This document shows positions 42,601 through 51,972 of a stretch of DNA of 64,000 bases, piece after piece. Both the position numbers and the translations under genes were made by a program. The stretch covers positions 64,001-128,000 of the forward strand of contig JAEOTA010000012.1 of NCBI GenBank assembly GCA_016840085.1. The letters run 5' to 3'. Position 1 is the stretch's first letter; each line of letters opens with the position of its first letter. The notes under the pieces are model-generated. The model ran no database searches and was not told where the DNA came from. It was given only the letters and a program-made list of their open reading frames with translations. This stretch comes from Promethearchaeota archaeon (lineage in GTDB: Archaea; Asgardarchaeota; Lokiarchaeia; Sigyniarchaeales; SOKP01).

Positions 42601-43203
42601 TTAAAACTTCGCTAATTCTTTGCTTACCTTAAATGAAAAAACGTCATTAACATGGTTTATTAATTCTCTCATAACTCTTTCAAATTCTTTCTTATTTATA
42701 ATTTCTTTATTCTCATCTAAAGATATTAATTTGCAAATTGGATCTAGTCCAATAAGGTATTTATCCAGAATATAGAGTTCTGAAGATCTATACGTTGCTT
42801 TACCCATATCAAGAGGGTGTACATCTTCTTCTTCCTTCTGATTGATCTCAATTCCAATTTTAATCAAAATCTCGGGAAATTTTTGAGATATAAAATGAAT
42901 AAAAGACATTGAACCTGAAAATCTATAATAACCTCTCTTTTTAGTATTCATAAGGTATTTTAGATAACCCTTTACTCTTTTAATAATTTGAATAACTATA
43001 TCTTTTTCATCCCTTTCTTTCTCTTTTCTTTCAATCCCTTTTATAATAAAAGGTAAAATAAGAGCTGTTATAATGCTGAATTGAGTTGTTAGGTTTTGAA
43101 ACAAGGATATAGGAAAAATTATAGATAATATAATTAATATTATTACTATAATAATTAGAGAAAAAACAACCTTATTCTTTAGTAATTCTTTATAGCTTAT
43201 CAT
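42601..43203 (-). CDS. Hypothetical protein with two N-terminal TM helices
   Basis: Hydrophobic residues about 11-54; overlaps the upstream ORF by 4 nt. Confidence 0.65.
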   Translation of the reverse strand: MISYKELLKNKVVFSLIIIVIILIILSIIFPISLFQNLTTQFSIITALILPFIIKGIERKEKERDEKDIVIQIIKRVKGYLKYLMNTKKRGYYRFSGSMSFIHFISQKFPEILIKIGIEINQKEEEDVHPLDMGKATYRSSELYILDKYLIGLDPICKLISLDENKEIINKKEFERVMRELINHVNDVFSFKVSKELAKF

Positions 43204-43442
43204 GTCTTAAATTCCTTATTAAAACTCTTATATGAAGTTTTTCCTCTATAATATCTGCGAACATTCATATGATAGAAAATATTATTACATTCAGAACATC
43301 CTAAGATTTGTATTCTATCACTTTCATCAAAAATTTCAGGTTGTATACCTTCAAAATTAATTTTTATTGCTATTACTTGTTTCTTACATACAGGACATCT
43401 AGCCATCATTCTATATTTATAAAAGCTTATTCTTGAATTCAA
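43200..43442 (-). CDS. Small zinc-finger protein
   Basis: CPVC...CSEC. Confidence 0.6.
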   Translation of the reverse strand: MNSRISFYKYRMMARCPVCKKQVIAIKINFEGIQPEIFDESDRIQILGCSECNNIFYHMNVRRYYRGKTSYKSFNKEFKT

Positions 43443-43513
43443 AATTAATACCTTAATACCTTAATTAATTATTAGATGGTAAAAGCTCTCTTCTTTTCCT
43501 ATATAAGCTTCTA

Positions 43514-43572
43514 GGGTAGCCGATTTTCTGATTCTTTACTTATCACCTGACGGGTTCAGTTCCCGCTACCTG
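43514..43572. ncRNA. Structured, tRNA-like GC-rich element lacking a D-arm
   Basis: gggtag/ctacct closing stem, tgat/atca hairpin and a cggg-ttcagtt-cccg T-arm-like hairpin. Confidence 0.35.
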
Positions 43573-43686
43573 ATATTTATTGATTTTTTGATTTATTAAC
43601 AGTGAAATAAATAAATACTAAATATGCAAAGATAAATTATTTTTTAATAGACAAAAATAGAAAAAAAATAAATAAGTGAAAATAAA

Positions 43687-43836
43687 ATGGTTAGTGGGAT
43701 GGATGTAACAACAGGAAGACTCAATTTAGAAGATAAATTAATTAAATATATCGATAAATTAATTGATAAAAATATGGAAGAAAGTGCCCTTACTACCGAT
43801 GAGCTAGAATTAATAATTAAATATCTTAAAAGATAA
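43687..43836 (+). CDS. Unannotated 49-aa helical protein
   Basis: MVSGMDVTTGRLNLEDKLIKYIDKLIDKNMEESALTTDELELIIKYLKR*; more protein-like than the antisense ORF 43644..43904. Confidence 0.5.
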   Translation: MVSGMDVTTGRLNLEDKLIKYIDKLIDKNMEESALTTDELELIIKYLKR

Positions 43837-44046
43837 TAAACAGTTATTTGAAGGATTAATTTCCATATTCTTCGAAAGAATATGAAGGGAAAACTCGAAA
43901 ACATAAAATATGGAGTCCTGAAGCTATCAAAATATTAATAGAAAATATATAATGGAACGATGGGAAAATCAAGTAATAAAAAAATTTAAAGAAAAAGATA
44001 TTAAAACTTAATCTCTGTCTATTATTTATAGATTACTGGAAATCTA

Positions 44047-44712
44047 TTATATCATCATTTTCCAACTTCCTAACCAAGAAATGATTAAAATTATAATAAA
44101 AAAAATAATTAATGATAAAAATAATAAACCACCAACTAGAATTTGCAAAATAATAGAGGTAATAATTAATAGCATTAAATAGATAATTGAAACCATTCTA
44201 ACAGTTAAACAAGCAAGAATATTAACTCTTTTATGGTACTTTATCATAAAGTATGGATTTTTTACGAGTCTAATCCAAGTTGGATTCTTTAATTCTTCAA
44301 TTAATTCGTTTTCAAATTTTGATTTATTTTTTTTCTCATTACTCAGTTTTTTATATCTCCTGCCTATTTTTTTTTCTAATTTTTTTTTGCTACTATAGAT
44401 CCATAGATATCTCTTAACTTCACTGATATCAGTTATACTCTCTTGATTTCTTAAAAGATCTTCAATGAGGTTGCTTTGTACAATATTATATCGTTGGAAT
44501 TGTTTGAATAATCCATCCAAGATCCAAAATGTAATGATTAGAAAAAAAGGTACCAAATAAGCAAGCTCATCTTTTAATTGTACAAAAATGAAAATCATTA
44601 CTGCAGACCAGGCAGTAATAGCCCAGCCTTTTGTTGTCATTGAAAATTTATCCCATTTATTAATATTATCTTGAAGTATTTTATTTTTTTCTTTTAATTC
44701 TTCGTTATTCAT
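44047..44712 (-). CDS. Four-TM membrane protein (SLATT-like effector-type architecture)
   Basis: QDNINKWDKFSMTTKGWAIT followed by FWILD...QR; two TM pairs. Confidence 0.55.
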   Translation of the reverse strand: MNNEELKEKNKILQDNINKWDKFSMTTKGWAITAWSAVMIFIFVQLKDELAYLVPFFLIITFWILDGLFKQFQRYNIVQSNLIEDLLRNQESITDISEVKRYLWIYSSKKKLEKKIGRRYKKLSNEKKNKSKFENELIEELKNPTWIRLVKNPYFMIKYHKRVNILACLTVRMVSIIYLMLLIITSIILQILVGGLLFLSLIIFFIIILIISWLGSWKMMI

Positions 44713-45151
44713 TGTTTAAACACGAAACTGATAATTATTTTTTCATCCTTATATACAATATAGCAACCTATTCATTTTAATTTCATTTTTTTTTAAGGAA
44801 TTAAAATTTTTATAATAGTCTTGGATTAAAAAAATTAGATTCTAAACTTTTGTGAATCATTGCTCCCACAGTAGCCATAGCCACCACCTTAACCCAGTAT
44901 AACCAATATATATAATTATTTTTCCAAATTTATAGCATATTTGAAACACTCAAATTGTTCTGATAAGCTTTTTTATTTTAGCCAAAATAATTTACTAATT
45001 CTAAAATCTTTACCAGTTCATACCAGCATAAACCAGCTCACATAAACTATTAATAGCTTTTGATGTCAATGTGAACTTTCATAGTAGAAAAGACTAGCAT
45101 ATAACCACAACTGCCCCAGTTTCATGCGTTCTCTCATCTCCTACACTTCTT

Positions 45152-45730
45152 TTACCTCTTAAATATATAAAAAAAATTATGGCCTTTAATTTCAATAATT
45201 TGGATTTCAGCTCCATGGAAGATGATGATCTCTTTCTCATCTAACCCGTAAGTAAATTCACAATTTTTTAATAAAGTTAGAGTCCAATTAACATCTCTCT
45301 TAAAAATTGTCCCAGCTATTAGATATTCATTATTTAAATTCATCTCATTATGTGAATGCAAAGCATCCTTACTCCATACCCACAATTCTGGAAAATTTCT
45401 TTGAAACATGAAATATTCATTTTCTCTTAAATCCCTGAGAAAGACTTTTACATTAGGTATATCCAAAAAACTATAAATCTTAAATGGCTCAGGAAAGTAA
45501 TGGTATCTGTCAATTAAAACATTTACTTGTTCTGTAATCTCATCTTCAAGCGTCTTCATAGCTTCAAATTTGGATATTTTTTTAGTATAAACAAGAGCTT
45601 CTACATGGGTCTTGATTTGATCTGGATAAAATTTCTTCCATTCTTTTAAAAATTGAGGTAGATAATCTTTTATCTCTTCTGGATTTTGCACAATTATATC
45701 TAATAATTTTGGATTTTTGTCTTTTACCAT
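45152..45730 (-). CDS. Hypothetical protein, possible ADP-ribosyltransferase-like fold
   Basis: WVWS and EKEIII motifs spaced as in ART folds; weak support. Confidence 0.45.
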   Translation of the reverse strand: MVKDKNPKLLDIIVQNPEEIKDYLPQFLKEWKKFYPDQIKTHVEALVYTKKISKFEAMKTLEDEITEQVNVLIDRYHYFPEPFKIYSFLDIPNVKVFLRDLRENEYFMFQRNFPELWVWSKDALHSHNEMNLNNEYLIAGTIFKRDVNWTLTLLKNCEFTYGLDEKEIIIFHGAEIQIIEIKGHNFFYIFKR

Positions 45731-45850
45731 GGTTCAGTTAACCTCTCTACAGTCTTCTTTTTTTATTTAGTATTTTACCTTTCTATACACTACTTCATCT
45801 TTTTTTTGAGAAATTGTGTTATTTTTATACATGTCCTCAATTTTTCCATA

Positions 45851-46045
45851 TTATAATTCTTCTAGTATCTTTCTCATATTTTTTTGAAGTAGTCCTTCTA
45901 AGTACTGTTTTACAGTCGTGTGGCCTAATTCGGGGTGAAGAGTTATATATCTTTCAATAAGCTTTACTGAGTCATTATCAAGTTCCACAGACACTATTTC
46001 AAACTCATTATCAATATTAGACATATCCAAATTATTTTCAACCAT
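45851..46045 (-). CDS. Ribbon-helix-helix (CopG-like) regulator
   Basis: VSVELDNDSVKLIERYI...ELGHTTVKQYL pattern. Confidence 0.65.
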   Translation of the reverse strand: MVENNLDMSNIDNEFEIVSVELDNDSVKLIERYITLHPELGHTTVKQYLEGLLQKNMRKILEEL

Positions 46046-46062
46046 ATATTTCTAACCTATAA

Positions 46063-46605
46063 TTAATCTTTATCTTCTTTTTTTTCAAATAGATCTTTCA
46101 GAAATTTCTTAATTTTTGAAATATTGCAAAAATCTTCAATAATATAATAATCTCCCGCTACAAGATCATCCCCTATTATATTCCACTGCCATTGAATGGC
46201 TTTTCTAATAAATACCTCTGGTGTATAATGAATTTCTTCTGAAATCTCTTTAATCACAGTATGATATTTGTGGCCTATTTTTACAGAGATGTTTTTTATC
46301 TTCATTTCAGCTTTATTTAAGGAATCACATGTATTATTCTCAGAATTATTAAAAATCTCATCAAAACAAAAATAATAATAAGGTAAGAGTTCATAGTCCT
46401 CACTCTCGACTTCAGATTTTAGATCATAAAAATGATAAGATAATAGCTTATTAATTAAAATATCGTAGGAAATTTGGAATCTTTCAATGAATTTGTTTAT
46501 TTTACCGACTAAATTCTCTGGAAATGATATTGTATATTCGATATTTTTATTATTCTCTGTTGAAAGAGAATCATTATAACCGTCAATTTCATTTGGATTT
46601 ATCAT
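46063..46605 (-). CDS. Tandem RHH-like protein
   Basis: YTISFPENLVGKINKF and ISVKIGHKYHTVIKEI...PEVFIRKAI form two similar units. Confidence 0.55.
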   Translation of the reverse strand: MINPNEIDGYNDSLSTENNKNIEYTISFPENLVGKINKFIERFQISYDILINKLLSYHFYDLKSEVESEDYELLPYYYFCFDEIFNNSENNTCDSLNKAEMKIKNISVKIGHKYHTVIKEISEEIHYTPEVFIRKAIQWQWNIIGDDLVAGDYYIIEDFCNISKIKKFLKDLFEKKEDKD

Positions 46606-46816
46606 TAATATTTTATTTTATTTGATATTATTATATATATTTTTTTTATGTATAAATTCATAATGAATTTCTATAATATTTAAGTATTATGATTCGAATT
46701 TTTTTCTTTATATAAAAAATAATTTGTAAAATGTTTTTTTTAGACTTTAATAAATATATAAAAATAATATGATTTAGAAGAAGTTAAAATAATATTAAAC
46801 AAATATAAATATAATT

Positions 46817-47140
46817 ATGGAAAAAGATTTTGATATAAAACTAAGATTTAAAGCATCCCCAGCTAAATCTGGAGACCAATATCATTTTAATATCCCAGCT
46901 TATTTAATAAGAAATAAAAAAATTAATCCCGATAAAGAATATTGGGTCGATTTTATTGAAAAGACAAAAGATATAAAAAAAGATAATACTCCTATTAGGC
47001 AAGTATTACCATATAAAGCTTCCCCTGCTAAAGGAGGAGGGCAGCAATATCGATTTACTATTCCAACATTCTTGATTAAGAATAATTATTTTGACCCAGA
47101 TAAGAATGTAGAATATTGGGTATACTATTCAGAAGTTTAA
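46817..47140 (+). CDS. Tandem AbrB/swapped-hairpin-like DNA-binding protein
   Basis: Internal duplication KASPAKxGxQYxFxIPxxLIxNxxxxPDKxxEYWV. Confidence 0.65.
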   Translation: MEKDFDIKLRFKASPAKSGDQYHFNIPAYLIRNKKINPDKEYWVDFIEKTKDIKKDNTPIRQVLPYKASPAKGGGQQYRFTIPTFLIKNNYFDPDKNVEYWVYYSEV

Positions 47141-47446
47141 AAAAATAAAGTAAATCGATAATTCGAACTTATTCTGTCTTGATTTCCTTTATATTGCTAA
47201 TTTTTAAATAACTCCTAAGATTATCGAACGTGATGGTAGTTTAGGAGTCACCCTCGAATTTTGGTTTACTGAAGATGTGAGAATTAAAGAACATGACAAC
47301 TACCAAGCTGAATTTAGAAAACTTAAATCTCCCCCCATATAATATTTTCTCTTTTCATAACTTCCCGTAAATTATATCCATGTAGTTCAAGAGAATTATA
47401 GAAATCAAAAAAAAAAAATTTTAATATTTAAATTACTTCAGTATCT

Positions 47447-48448
47447 TTAGTCTTTGTGATATTTCGGCATACAATGTTTACATCCATCGAATTTATACTT
47501 AATTGCTTTTTTTGCTATGTTCAGCTTTTCAATATACATTTTATTTTCTTCTTTAATTAAACGTAGATTGCATAATGGAGTTAAATTCTGCATATCATGT
47601 ATCTCATTAGTGTTTGAATTAACTAAGTATTTTAGTTCAATCGGTGGTGTATTGGGATATCCATTTTGATAAATTTGGTCGATCTCTTTTTTATCTGCCT
47701 TTGCTTCTGAACTTTTAAGTTCAAGTATAGTTTTCTGTTCTTCTTTTGAAATAGGTCTTTCAAAGTCTTTGATTTTTACCTCATTTAACACATTTTTCAT
47801 CCGTTCCTTAATAACTTCAGGATCAGAATCCTTAATATCTTCATATACTTGAAAAAGTGAGTTTGATGCCTCTTTGATAAAGTCTCGTGGAACCAATTTT
47901 AAAATTATTGATCTACTATTTTCTAACTGACGAAACTCTTCCCACTTATAAGCAAATTTATCACATACAGCTTTACACGTATATATAACAGGAACAAATA
48001 TTGGAATGAATCCCAAAAACCATCTGATATACCATCTATTAAAATCCAAAGCGTGATCATAGCCCCACATCGTTGCAAGTATATCTTCAAGAGAAAATTT
48101 CATCTTAAACCAAGGAAGATTACCAATCGCTTCCTGAAATACCTCCCAACCAGAACCTATAAAAAAAGCCACATCCCGTGATACAAGTGCCCTTCGCATT
48201 CTACATCCTACAAACCCGTGAGCCCATTTATCATGCCATTTTTCGTGTCTTGGTACATATAAATTCGTAGCAATAGCTGCTTCAGTTGCAATCAATAAGC
48301 CCCATCCAATTGAGAACGGATCTAATGTTCTATACTGAATAGGAACTGTTCTTACTGAGATATTAAGTCTTGTCTTTCCTATTTGACCATAAGTCAAATC
48401 TGATCTTAAATCCTCATCTTCTTCTAGAACTTGCATAGAACCTCCCAT
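47447..48448 (-). CDS. Membrane protein with VanZ/YfiM-like motif and C-terminal Ada-like metal-binding domain
   Basis: DKWAHGF...WEVFQ...FSLEDILA; YLVNSNTNEIH...C...GCKHC. Confidence 0.55.
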   Translation of the reverse strand: MGGSMQVLEEDEDLRSDLTYGQIGKTRLNISVRTVPIQYRTLDPFSIGWGLLIATEAAIATNLYVPRHEKWHDKWAHGFVGCRMRRALVSRDVAFFIGSGWEVFQEAIGNLPWFKMKFSLEDILATMWGYDHALDFNRWYIRWFLGFIPIFVPVIYTCKAVCDKFAYKWEEFRQLENSRSIILKLVPRDFIKEASNSLFQVYEDIKDSDPEVIKERMKNVLNEVKIKDFERPISKEEQKTILELKSSEAKADKKEIDQIYQNGYPNTPPIELKYLVNSNTNEIHDMQNLTPLCNLRLIKEENKMYIEKLNIAKKAIKYKFDGCKHCMPKYHKD

Positions 48449-49279
48449 CTAAGTTGTTACTTAATTTTGCCTTTAAAGTAAAGATTGCACAAATTAAACA
48501 GATAACTTATTATTTAACATTTTTGTAAAATGATCACATAAAATGATACTCCATATATTAAAAAGTGATTCTTAAAAGTAGGTAAATTCTACAATATTAA
48601 GATGCCATAACTTTGCTTATTTTACTTTGCATTACTTTGCCTACTCACATATTCAACGTGATAAAATTTGCAGCATTACATCTGAAGGAAATTTTGTCCT
48701 AAGATTCTTCCTGTAAATTAGCCTAATAATTTCTTTTTTCTGGACATATATGAGAAAATTTATTTCTACAACGTGAATTTATATATGGCTAATTGTTAAT
48801 AATTATAATTATATTAACAAAATGGGAAGGAAGATTACAAGAAAACTTCACAACCTACAATAAAGTCAAACGTGTAGGTTTTGGAATTTCATAGAAATTT
48901 CTAATTCTTATAAATAATTTTAAGGTTCTGAGCGTCATATGGTTCTCTGATCAATATCATAAAAAGTACCCCGTATTTTAATTGTTGATATAGATAAAAA
49001 ACCAATACTTATCACATGCACGGCTTTCTAAATATAAGAAATTTAGCGGATTTTACAAATTAATCATACCTAAAAATAAAAAAAACAAGTAGCGAAAATT
49101 ATATAAAGGGTTTCATCCTAGTATTCTAAAATAAGAGAGTTTTATACTGTATTTTATAGATTATAATATGAAAAGTTAATATATGTCCTGTTAACATATT
49201 TAAATAAACAAATAGGTTATTTAATTTTTGAAAATACAAAATTAAGGATAAAAGAGAATAAAATTCTTCATGGTGATAT

Positions 49280-49480
49280 ATAACGACTGCCAAGAAAGAG
49301 ACCCAAAAAAGGAAAAATAAGTATGATCTTAAAATACCTTATGAGATGTCTCTAGTCATACGAAAATATATTGAAGAGCATAAGGAATTAGGATATTCAA
49401 ATGTTAGTCAATATCTAAATGAATTAATCCGCATGGATGTGAAAAGGATATTAAAATTAGAAAAAGAGGAAGAAAAATAA
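49280..49480 (+). CDS. Unannotated RHH regulator, paralog of 45851..46045, probable non-canonical ATA start
   Basis: ...KYDLKIPYEMSLVIRKYIEEHKELGYSNVSQYLNELIRMDVKRIL; GGTGA SD at 49272-49276. Confidence 0.65.
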   Translation: MTTAKKETQKRKNKYDLKIPYEMSLVIRKYIEEHKELGYSNVSQYLNELIRMDVKRILKLEKEEEK

Positions 49481-49516
49481 TAACCTAATTTTTTATTTCT
49501 ACGTATCATAACACAC

Positions 49517-51697
49517 TCATTTTCTTGTTGCGCTCTCCCAATCATTCCAAAATCTTTCTAATTTTTGAAGCCCGAATTTACTAATAAAGGAGATTTCATC
49601 AAAAACCTCAACTAACGAGGCTTTTGAATATCTCTCTATCTTTGCCATCATCTCAAAAAATTGTTTATAAATGTTGAGATAGCGCCAAAAAGTTTGCTTG
49701 TCCAATTTTTCATGTTTAGTAAGTTTTTGTATAGCTTTACAATCATAAAGGTTTTCTCCTTTTAATGCGTCCCAATCATCCGTATCAGGATTATATTGAA
49801 AGAGAGTATCAATATCACCAGAGGAGTTGATTTCAGCTACTTGAATGACTTTTCTCTTGCTGGTGTTGGAATCTTTTTTCATCAAAACAATTAAGTCTAA
49901 ATCATTAAAGCATGAAGAATCAATCTTAAAATGGTGTAAAAAGCGATTAATCAGAGATTCGATATTATTACAGTGAATTGTTTGGAATCCTCTTAATCCT
50001 GCTGAAAGACAATGAAACATGGCTTTAGCTTCTTCTTCAGTTAAAATTTCTCCAAGATAAATTATATCAGGAGATCGATGTAATAATTTCTTTATTAGAT
50101 TACTTTTTGAATATTTTATATCTACATCATCGTCTAGTGAATCTACTTTATATTTTAATTGATGTTTGTCTAAATCGTCTTGGTTTGACGATTCGATAGC
50201 ATTTTCTATGTATATTTTTCTAAATTCTTTAGGCGCTATTAAATCCAATGCATTAATTAAAGTCGTTTTCCCAGTATCAGTCTCACCCGTCACAGTAATA
50301 TTATTTCTTTTTAAGATGTTAAAATAGAGAAAAGAGGCAATGAGGGGATTCAAAGTGTTATTCTGAACTAAATCTTGAATAGTAAAAATATTTTTATTAA
50401 GTTTTCTTATATCTAAAGAAAATCCCGATGCATGAATAGGAGCTATATCTACCGCGATTCTGCAAAAGAAAAGGTTATTCTTCATAACAAATTTAATGCT
50501 TGGATTAGAATAGTCTAACCGTTGCCCGCTATAAAAACGGCAAAAAGTTTTTAATCTTTCAATCTCGTTCTCATTAAATCTGATATCTGTACGACACCTA
50601 CCATGTATACGATGATTAATATAGACATATGATATATCAGAATCTAAAAAAATCTCTTCTATGAAGTCATCAATCAAGAAAGGAAATAATTTTGCAAGGT
50701 CTATAGCATCAAAAGTAGCTAATAAACTTATCCTCTCTTTCTCGTCATCAGAGACATGATACTTTCCGCTAATATAATCAATTCCTTCATTTTTATATTT
50801 TTGAATAAGTTCTTCAAAGGTTATTAAACCCTCAATCTTAAATGAATCGATAAGATGATTCTTGACGTCTTTTGCAATTTTTTTAAAGAACTGTTCTTCG
50901 CCTTTAGTCTGAAAAGTGAGATTAACTTCATATAACTTCTCAAATGCATGCGTATCATAAATTCGGATCTTAAATAATTGATGTTCCCCTATTAAATAAT
51001 TATCAATTAATCCAAATCTTTCTTTTGAATGAAGATCCTTTTTTGTCTTCTTTTGTGATTGACTAGAAATATTTTGAGTTGAAAATAACTCTCTATGAAA
51101 TCGTAAATAAGAAGGATATTGATTATGTTTTTTACAGAAGGTTATATATTCATTAATAATTCTTTGTTCTTTTAAGACTCTTAGAAAAGTCGTAAATTTA
51201 GCCTTTAATTCTTTTTGACATGTAAAACAAGCAGCATTATTTACTTCTTTACTCTTTATCAGTTTGTATCTCATTTGAATAAGCTCGAAGAGTCCAATTG
51301 GATCATGAAAATCGATCTTGGCAGGACGTACACCTGAATAAAAATCAGAAAACAGAACACATCCCATATCGTTTTTAATACATCCTTTACTGAAATCGAA
51401 ATCTATGAGCTCAAAAGAATCTTTAATCTGTTTAGTCTTTTTGAAATATTCCAAGAATAACTCAATACTATCTTTCGTTATTGTAAACTTCTCAGTTCCC
51501 AACGATAAAGATTCAAATTTTTTTCCTTTAATCTTATGTAATATCGCTAAGAAACATTGGATACATTTTGTATTTTTTAATATTACCCCTGTATATTTTG
51601 GACAATTCTTACAATCAACTATAACCAATCGTTCTTTTTTACCTTGAAAATTCTCTCTTTCTTGAAATATGACTAAATCTGATGTTTTAAGGGTCAT
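49517..51697 (-). CDS. TadA/CpaF/VirB11-family secretion ATPase with Cys-rich N-terminal extension
   Basis: Walker A GETDTGKTT, Asp box IENAIE, Walker B PDIIYLGEI, His box FQTIH, IEEIFLD, DIRK. Confidence 0.9.
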   Translation of the reverse strand: MTLKTSDLVIFQERENFQGKKERLVIVDCKNCPKYTGVILKNTKCIQCFLAILHKIKGKKFESLSLGTEKFTITKDSIELFLEYFKKTKQIKDSFELIDFDFSKGCIKNDMGCVLFSDFYSGVRPAKIDFHDPIGLFELIQMRYKLIKSKEVNNAACFTCQKELKAKFTTFLRVLKEQRIINEYITFCKKHNQYPSYLRFHRELFSTQNISSQSQKKTKKDLHSKERFGLIDNYLIGEHQLFKIRIYDTHAFEKLYEVNLTFQTKGEEQFFKKIAKDVKNHLIDSFKIEGLITFEELIQKYKNEGIDYISGKYHVSDDEKERISLLATFDAIDLAKLFPFLIDDFIEEIFLDSDISYVYINHRIHGRCRTDIRFNENEIERLKTFCRFYSGQRLDYSNPSIKFVMKNNLFFCRIAVDIAPIHASGFSLDIRKLNKNIFTIQDLVQNNTLNPLIASFLYFNILKRNNITVTGETDTGKTTLINALDLIAPKEFRKIYIENAIESSNQDDLDKHQLKYKVDSLDDDVDIKYSKSNLIKKLLHRSPDIIYLGEILTEEEAKAMFHCLSAGLRGFQTIHCNNIESLINRFLHHFKIDSSCFNDLDLIVLMKKDSNTSKRKVIQVAEINSSGDIDTLFQYNPDTDDWDALKGENLYDCKAIQKLTKHEKLDKQTFWRYLNIYKQFFEMMAKIERYSKASLVEVFDEISFISKFGLQKLERFWNDWESATRK

Positions 51698-51699
51698 TG

Positions 51700-51963
51700 T
51701 TATCTATCTCCATACATATAATCATATTCTCTTTTTACGGTAGGATCTTTTTCTATAGCAGACTCCATTTTAATCCTCTGAAGCATTTTGGGAGCATCAG
51801 CTAGAGATTCTAAGATATAAGTCTGTTTTTCTATTTCTGAAAATTTCATCTTATAACCACATTTGATACATTTAATTTTTTCAATCCTTTTTAGAACATA
51901 GCGCCAAGTTTTACACTTTGGACATTGGAAAAAAAATGCAGGTGTTTTAAACATTATTTTCAC
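51700..51963 (-). CDS. Zinc-ribbon protein (DUF1922-like)
   Basis: FQCPKC...KCIKCG. Confidence 0.7.
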   Translation of the reverse strand: MKIMFKTPAFFFQCPKCKTWRYVLKRIEKIKCIKCGYKMKFSEIEKQTYILESLADAPKMLQRIKMESAIEKDPTVKREYDYMYGDR

Positions 51964-51972
51964 ACCCCATAA

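Noticed and set aside
43514-43572. Functional ochre-suppressor tRNA (TTA in the loop)
   Set aside because: No D-arm, short stems and a pyrimidine at the position-37 equivalent; kept only as a tRNA-like structure.
43644-43904. Minus-strand 86-aa ORF in the track
   Set aside because: Likely the antisense shadow of the plus-strand ORF 43687..43836.
48610-48640. actttgc repeated three times
   Set aside because: Short, unevenly spaced and plausible by chance in AT-rich DNA.
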